Assembly (NCBI GenBank): GCA_963835425.1
Contig: CAWIGE010000019.1
Span: 132,925-196,924 of the forward strand
Source: an uncultured Actinomycetes bacterium
GTDB taxonomy: Bacteria; Actinomycetota; Actinomycetes; Streptosporangiales; Streptosporangiaceae
DNA: 64,000 nt
Direction: 5' to 3'
The first letter of the stretch is position 1. The number at the start of each line of letters is the position of its first letter. The notes under the pieces were generated by a model. That model was not told where the DNA came from, ran no database searches, and saw nothing but the letters and a program-made list of their open reading frames with translations. Shown here piece after piece: positions 59,379-64,000 of this stretch. Made by a program: the position numbers and the translations under genes.

Positions 59379-59900
59379 ATGAATGCGTCCCTGCTGGCCG
59401 TGCTCAGCGACGCCGAGCGGCTGCTGGCCGCCGAGACCGGGCGGGCCGAGCTCGCCGCGCTTGACGAGGACGCGGCTATCGACCTGGAAACCCGGATCAG
59501 GCGCGCCCGGAACAAGTACGTCGGCCAGTACCGCCGGGCCGCCAGCGCCGCCGTGGCCGAGCACGGCGGGCGCGGCAAGGCGCGGCCGGAGAACAGGCGG
59601 GCCGCCATGAAGGCCGAGGCGTTCGAAGAGGCCTTGTCCCGGGTGAGCCGGCGGGTCGCGGCCCTGGCCCGGCAGGCAGCAGCGGAGCTGCGGGCGGAAC
59701 GGCTTGCGGCAGCCAGGGCGGCGAGGCAGGGCCGCGGGCCCAATGCCGGGGCGGCCCTGCCCGCCGCCGGGCAGCCGGCCCCCGCGGTCACCGGTGAGCC
59801 CACCGGCGACCGCGCCCTGCGCTCGCCCGCCAGCGCGAAGCGGCGGGCGAGCACCCGCGCCATGGGCGCCCGCCAGCAGGCGAAGCGGGACAGCCGCTGA
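59379..59900 (+). CDS. Hypothetical Ala/Arg-rich protein
   Basis: 173-aa ORF with an ATG start. The N-terminal 90 aa have a non-random helical pattern. No family recognised. Confidence 0.45.
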   Translation: MNASLLAVLSDAERLLAAETGRAELAALDEDAAIDLETRIRRARNKYVGQYRRAASAAVAEHGGRGKARPENRRAAMKAEAFEEALSRVSRRVAALARQAAAELRAERLAAARAARQGRGPNAGAALPAAGQPAPAVTGEPTGDRALRSPASAKRRASTRAMGARQQAKRDSR

Positions 59901-60208
59901 GCACCGGCCGGGCCAGCGCGGCGTTTGTCATGGTTGCGCCAACCATGAGCTTCATATGTGCTGGTTGGTAACCAGGCGCGCAGATCGCTGAGTATGAGCC
60001 GTTGACGGCCGCATCGGCCCCGTAGTCGGCTGCGCGCCGATCGTCCAGGTATGGCCTCGGCTGTCCGGGCGCTGGCGGGGATGGTGCGCGAGCCAGCAGC
60101 TTCCGGTCTGCTCGGCTTCGCGACGGCGGGCCTGCCCGGGTGCAGAAGGCCTCCCGTGGGCCAGTAGTGGGGGTGGTTCGTGGTGGCCGGTCGGTACAGG
60201 GTTGAGCC

Positions 60209-60946
60209 ATGAGGCTGGGTACGCAGCCCAGCCAGCGGCTCACCCTCGTGGTGGCGTGCACGGCTCAGGTCATGATGGTGCTGGATGTCCGCGCTGCGTA
60301 CCGGCCTGTCCTGGCTTTTCTTCTGCATTCCGTACTTTGCCGTGGCCCAGCTCAGCAAGTGGGTCGAGCGGTGGCTGCCGGTGGCATCGGCCGTCGGGTG
60401 GGGGTGCTTCATCGCCGCCGCGGGCGTGCTTGGCATGAGCCAGCTGACGACGGCGACGCCGTTTGCCTGGCCGGCCGCCTGCTACGTCCTGGTGGGGGTG
60501 GGCTTTGCCCTGATGGTCCCGGCGGGTTCGTCCGCGGCGATGGCCGAGGTTCCGGGGGGATCGTCGGGGATCGGGTCAGGCCTGTTCAACGCCTGCCGCC
60601 AGATCGGCACCGCCACCGGGCTGGCCATACTGGGATCCGTCGGCGCCGGCGTGACCCTGGCCGACTGGCACCACCAGGCCGGATCCCTCCCCCGGGCCGA
60701 GCAGCAGCGGGCAGCCCAGATCGGGCCGACGTCGCGGGTGGTCAGGTCCACAACGCCGCCGCGTCGGCAGGCCAGCACACGCTCGACCTGGCGGTGGCCT
60801 CCTTTCTCCGGGGTTTCGAGCTCGCCCTGGTCTTGGCGGGCGCGATCCTGGCCGCCGCTGGGGTCGTGGGCTTCCTGGGCCTGCGGCACCTCCAGAGCCC
60901 TGCTTCCCAGCAGCGCCAAAGGACCGATGTGAGCACGAGCAGGTGA
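60209..60946 (+). pseudogene. DHA2/EmrB-like MFS transporter remnant (internal deletion plus frameshifts)
   Basis: TM1-like ..LTLVVACTAQVMMVLDV is directly followed in other frames by late-TM segments (..VGVGFALMVPAGSSAAMAEVPGGSSGIGSGLFNACRQIGTATGLAILGSVGAG..) and a C-terminal TM. Confidence 0.6.
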
Positions 60947-61464
60947 AATGCGATGACTCATGCGGTGCACGGGTCCTCGCTGCCCCGCGGGCCGGAATGT
61001 CCGGATCGCGCCGCCTGCCTGGCGGCGCTAGGAACTGCCGGGCCGGTCAGGCCGGCGGTGCCCGTGGTCACCGGAGCGACCGGGCCCAAGCGGGCTTCCG
61101 GGGCAGTCAATGCCTGCCGGGCGGCACCGGCGAGGTAGGGGCGACGATCGAGGTGGCGTGCCGGCCGGGACTGTCGCGGGCATGGCCGTAGCGCCGCATC
61201 GTGCGCGGGCCGGCATGGAAGGCGGCTGGCCCTGGAACCAGGTTGAGCACCCAGCGGTCATCACGAATTAGAGATCTTTGTTAACTTTCCCGGCAAATGC
61301 AGGGATTTCCCCGTTGCTCGGCTGGTCTGCCCCGTCCAGGCTCAACTTAGCCCGGGGGCGGAGTTTTGGCACGCCGCGACCAGCCGCGCCGGCGCGAGCG
61401 GCCCGGGGCGGGCACGCTCCCGGCTGGTTCCACAGAGCGGCCACGCAGGTTACGGGAGGATGGC

Positions 61465-62205
61465 ATGCGACCACAGTTCAAGATCTTGGTTATCACGGGA
61501 GCGATGCTCACGGCGGGCCTGGGCGCAGCGGTGCCCGCGAGCGCCGCCACGGCGGCACCGGTGATGGACACGTCGGTTTTCGCCTGCAGCGGCAGTTCCT
61601 GCGAGGTGGGCCCCGGCAACGTGGGCGTGCCGTTCGCGGCCGGGCTGAACGTGATCGGCGACGGGATACCGAAGTCGGTGGAGAAGTTCTACGGGGACGA
61701 CTTCACCATGAAGATCACCAGCGGCAGCCTGCCGCCGGGCCTGCAGCTGTCGCTGCCCAGCAGCGAATGGACGGTTACCGGCACGCCCACCAAGGCCGGA
61801 ACCTATCCATTCACCGTCCAGTTCGCCCCCACCCAGGACGCGCCCGAGGCGGGGCCCCCGGGGACCCAGCAGCTCACCATCACCATCGGCACCGGCACCG
61901 CCGACCGGCTCGACCTGACCGGGGCCATCTGGTCACCTCACTCGGTCAACAAGACGCTGCAGATCCAGGGGTTCGACGCCAACTTCGGCGCCACCTACAC
62001 CGTGTTCGTGACCGCCAACGGCACCAAGCTCGGGACCTTTACCGAAAGCAGCGCCTGGCAGGACGGTGGCATCCAGAACAACCTCAGGGTGCCGCCCGGC
62101 CCGACGACCTTCACGTCCTTCACCAACCCGGGGTCGATCACCGTCAAAGACAGCCTGGGCGGGTCTGCCACGATCCCAGTCACCGTGAACCTCAAGTATT
62201 CATAG
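61465..62205 (+). CDS. Secreted protein with a putative Ig-like (He_PIG-type) domain
   Basis: RBS gggagga. Signal peptide MRPQFKILVITGAMLTAGLGAAVPASAATA, then ..GSLPPGLQLSLPSSEWTVTGTPTKAGTYPFTVQ... Confidence 0.7.
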   Translation: MRPQFKILVITGAMLTAGLGAAVPASAATAAPVMDTSVFACSGSSCEVGPGNVGVPFAAGLNVIGDGIPKSVEKFYGDDFTMKITSGSLPPGLQLSLPSSEWTVTGTPTKAGTYPFTVQFAPTQDAPEAGPPGTQQLTITIGTGTADRLDLTGAIWSPHSVNKTLQIQGFDANFGATYTVFVTANGTKLGTFTESSAWQDGGIQNNLRVPPGPTTFTSFTNPGSITVKDSLGGSATIPVTVNLKYS

Positions 62206-63244
62206 GCACAGGCACCGGATCCCTTCTGCCCACGGGGGATGGGCCCACTGGACGTCTGGCCGTGACCCGGAGAACGCGGGCCACGGCCAGATCCGTGGAA
62301 GACCCTCCATCCCGCGGCTACCTCCGTTACGGAAACCAAGCATCTCCGCAGAGATGGCACTGCGCACGCGGTGACATATCGCTTAATACACGGGTGATCC
62401 GTGTCGCTTCCGCGTTGTTGCGGGCCGGGCTGGGACGGTGCTGAGCATGCGAGGCTGGCCGCAGCGCAGGGGCGGATGGTGCTGATCTACAGATGTGCGA
62501 TGGCTGGCCACCCTTACCCATTCGTCCCCTCACAGGCGAGGGTGACGTCATCGAGGCGACCGAGGGAGAGGGCTGGCGGCTGGAGCAGCTCGCCTACGAC
62601 GGGACGCAAGCAGAACACGGCCCGCGTCACCGATGCCCTCCAGGGCGGCAAGATCGCCGAGGCCCAGGTATACGACCTGCTCATGGTCGCCGACGCGATC
62701 CCGCGGGAGCCCGTCAGCATCATCTCGAACAGCTGAGAAGACTTCGCCACCGCCCTCAGCGTCCCCTGGACCAGATCACCCGAATCCTGGACCGAGTAGA
62801 AAACGCGGTCATGCGCCTAGAGTCGTCCAGCGGCGTGGTGCCCGCCTTCTGAATTCGGACCGGGCCCGCCCGACAGATCGTTATCAAGACAGCCCGTAAG
62901 CGGCGGCGGCCGATTCGGAGGTCAGGCCGGGACCCGGTTACGCCCACATCACCACCAAGCCCTGGAAGCAGGGCCGGAGCACTTGCCCACATCCTCCCTG
63001 CCGACTCGCGCGCCGAGTCGGCGTTTCGGTGACGGCTCTGAGCGTGTGCAGATCGGTTGGTGAGCGGCGCCGAGCTGGCTAAGGTGTTCACCGCGGCGGG
63101 CGCGCAGGCGGTGTGGATAGCCGACGGTGAGCTGGGCAGGCTGGGACAGTCGCCACCCAAGCGTCCCGCGCGCTGACCCGCAACCCAATGCACCGGACGG
63201 GGAACCGATCGTCGCGGCGAACCGTCCAAGTTCCTGTGTTGGGC

Positions 63245-63667
63245 ATGATGCGATGGCTGGCCCGGCAGGCCCGGTGGCTTTTGCCTGCGGTCGGCATCGT
63301 CCTTGTGAGCGCGTCGTGCGGCGTGCGTTCGGCCGCGATGGCCTCCCCGAAGCCGTCAGCGTCGGCCGTGCTTGTCTTCGGCGTGGTGGAAGCCAGCCCG
63401 GGATGTTCGGTCGAACGGCAGCTGCATCCGTGCGGGGTCCTCCTACTGGGTCATGTCCGGGTCGAGGCCCGGCGCCTGCCCGCCGAGACGACCGCGAGCA
63501 CCCGTACCCGCGCGGATGGTCACTACTCCTTCCGGCTCGGACGGGGGCGATATGTGCTCGTCGCGGTGTGGAGGCAGGGCCTCGTACGCTGCTCGCCGGT
63601 CCTGGTCTCGGTGACGTCGTTGGCGCCTGTGCGCGCCAACATCCATTGCGGTAGCGGCATCCGCTGA
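63245..63667 (+). CDS. Putative lipoprotein with a carboxypeptidase-regulatory-like beta-sandwich
   Basis: MMRWLARQARWLLPAVGIVLVSASCG (lipobox), then ..RTRADGHYSFRLGRGRYVLVA... Confidence 0.55.
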   Translation: MMRWLARQARWLLPAVGIVLVSASCGVRSAAMASPKPSASAVLVFGVVEASPGCSVERQLHPCGVLLLGHVRVEARRLPAETTASTRTRADGHYSFRLGRGRYVLVAVWRQGLVRCSPVLVSVTSLAPVRANIHCGSGIR

Positions 63668-63776
63668 CGCAGACCGTAGTTCGGCGTCGCCTCGGGCGGC
63701 TACCTAGGGGTACTCGTAGCGGTGGGTGCAATCCAGAAGCCGGGCCCGGCCCGGGGCGACGCTTGTCAGGCGCCGG

Positions 63777-64000
63777 GTGGTGGCATCCTGGCGACTCCGA
63801 CGGTTCCCGGCGATCCCGCTGGCGGTGGCCGGGATAGTCCCGGTGATCGCGGGAATGGTGTGGCTCTCGCGGATTACGCCCGGCACGCCGTACCTGCCCG
63901 GCGTGCTGGGGCCGATGATCTTGTTCGGGGCGGGGATGGGGCTGGCGATGGTGCCGCTGACCACCGCCGCGCTGGCCGGGTCCGGCCGGAGGATTCGGGC
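63777..64000 (+). CDS. Partial MFS (DHA2-like) transporter segment running off the window end
   Basis: ..FPAIPLAVAGIVPVIAGMVWLSRITPGTPYLPGVLGPMILFGAGMGLAMVPLTTAALAG.. has the typical late-TM pattern. The upstream part is not readable in the same frame. Confidence 0.55.
   Translation, partial: MVASWRLRRFPAIPLAVAGIVPVIAGMVWLSRITPGTPYLPGVLGPMILFGAGMGLAMVPLTTAALAGSGRRIR

Noticed and set aside
62206-63240. Several 70-160-aa ORFs on both strands (for example 62401..62736+, 62493..62852+ and 62756..63229-).
   Set aside because: No family signatures, RBSs or coding-like composition were found. The region may be a decayed remnant, but I cannot support any call.
1-64000. Scan for tRNA/rRNA genes and CRISPR arrays.
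   Set aside because: No T-loop or acceptor-like GGTTCGAATCC-type motifs were seen outside coding sequence. There are no regularly spaced direct repeats with unique spacers. The only tandem repeats are in-frame coding repeats.

Overview
High-GC (spot counts above 70%) actinobacterial chromosomal segment with about 60 protein-coding genes or gene remnants. I found no rRNA, tRNA or CRISPR array.

Layout:
- 0-11 kb: intact housekeeping and accessory genes. These are an MFS transporter, a DAO/GcvT-fusion dehydrogenase, a phosphotriesterase-like protein, and a 5-gene ECF-sigma/anti-sigma/ABC operon with ATGA/GTGA start-stop overlaps.
- 12-19.3 kb: a decay zone. It holds three consecutive frameshifted small genes, an IS701-like remnant, a solo frameshifted TnpB and a frameshifted 538-aa mobile-element-like gene.
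- 19.5-34.7 kb: intact genes. These include arcA, CotH, a CN-hydrolase that seems to lack its catalytic Cys, and a 1426-aa FHA-FHA-CYP102-like P450/reductase fusion.
- 34.8-37.2 kb: shattered and partly duplicated vanadium-haloperoxidase-like pseudogenes.
- 37.2-39.1 kb: an IS701-family element with perfect 19-bp inverted repeats (IRs) and a 5-bp target duplication, inserted into a Trypco1-like (CU044_2847-like) gene.
- 39.1-44.3 kb: a clearly lower-GC island. It carries an uncharacterised 4-gene cassette: two paralogous large proteins (one Zn-ribbon + 2TM anchored), a small Zn-ribbon protein, and a 2x beta-sandwich + minimal CHAT/caspase-like protease with an intact His/Cys dyad.
- 44.3-64 kb: monooxygenase, class-V aminotransferase, CocE/NonD hydrolase and TetR. 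These are followed by a two-component system plus ABC exporter (kinase and both ABC genes frameshifted), a membrane-anchored NACHT NTPase, a PadR module, and MFS remnants.

The island cassette is my best candidate for a novel conflict or defence-type system. It carries 5 apparent frameshifts.

Apparent frameshifts are strongly clustered across the window. I cannot tell from sequence alone whether they are real decay or assembly indels.
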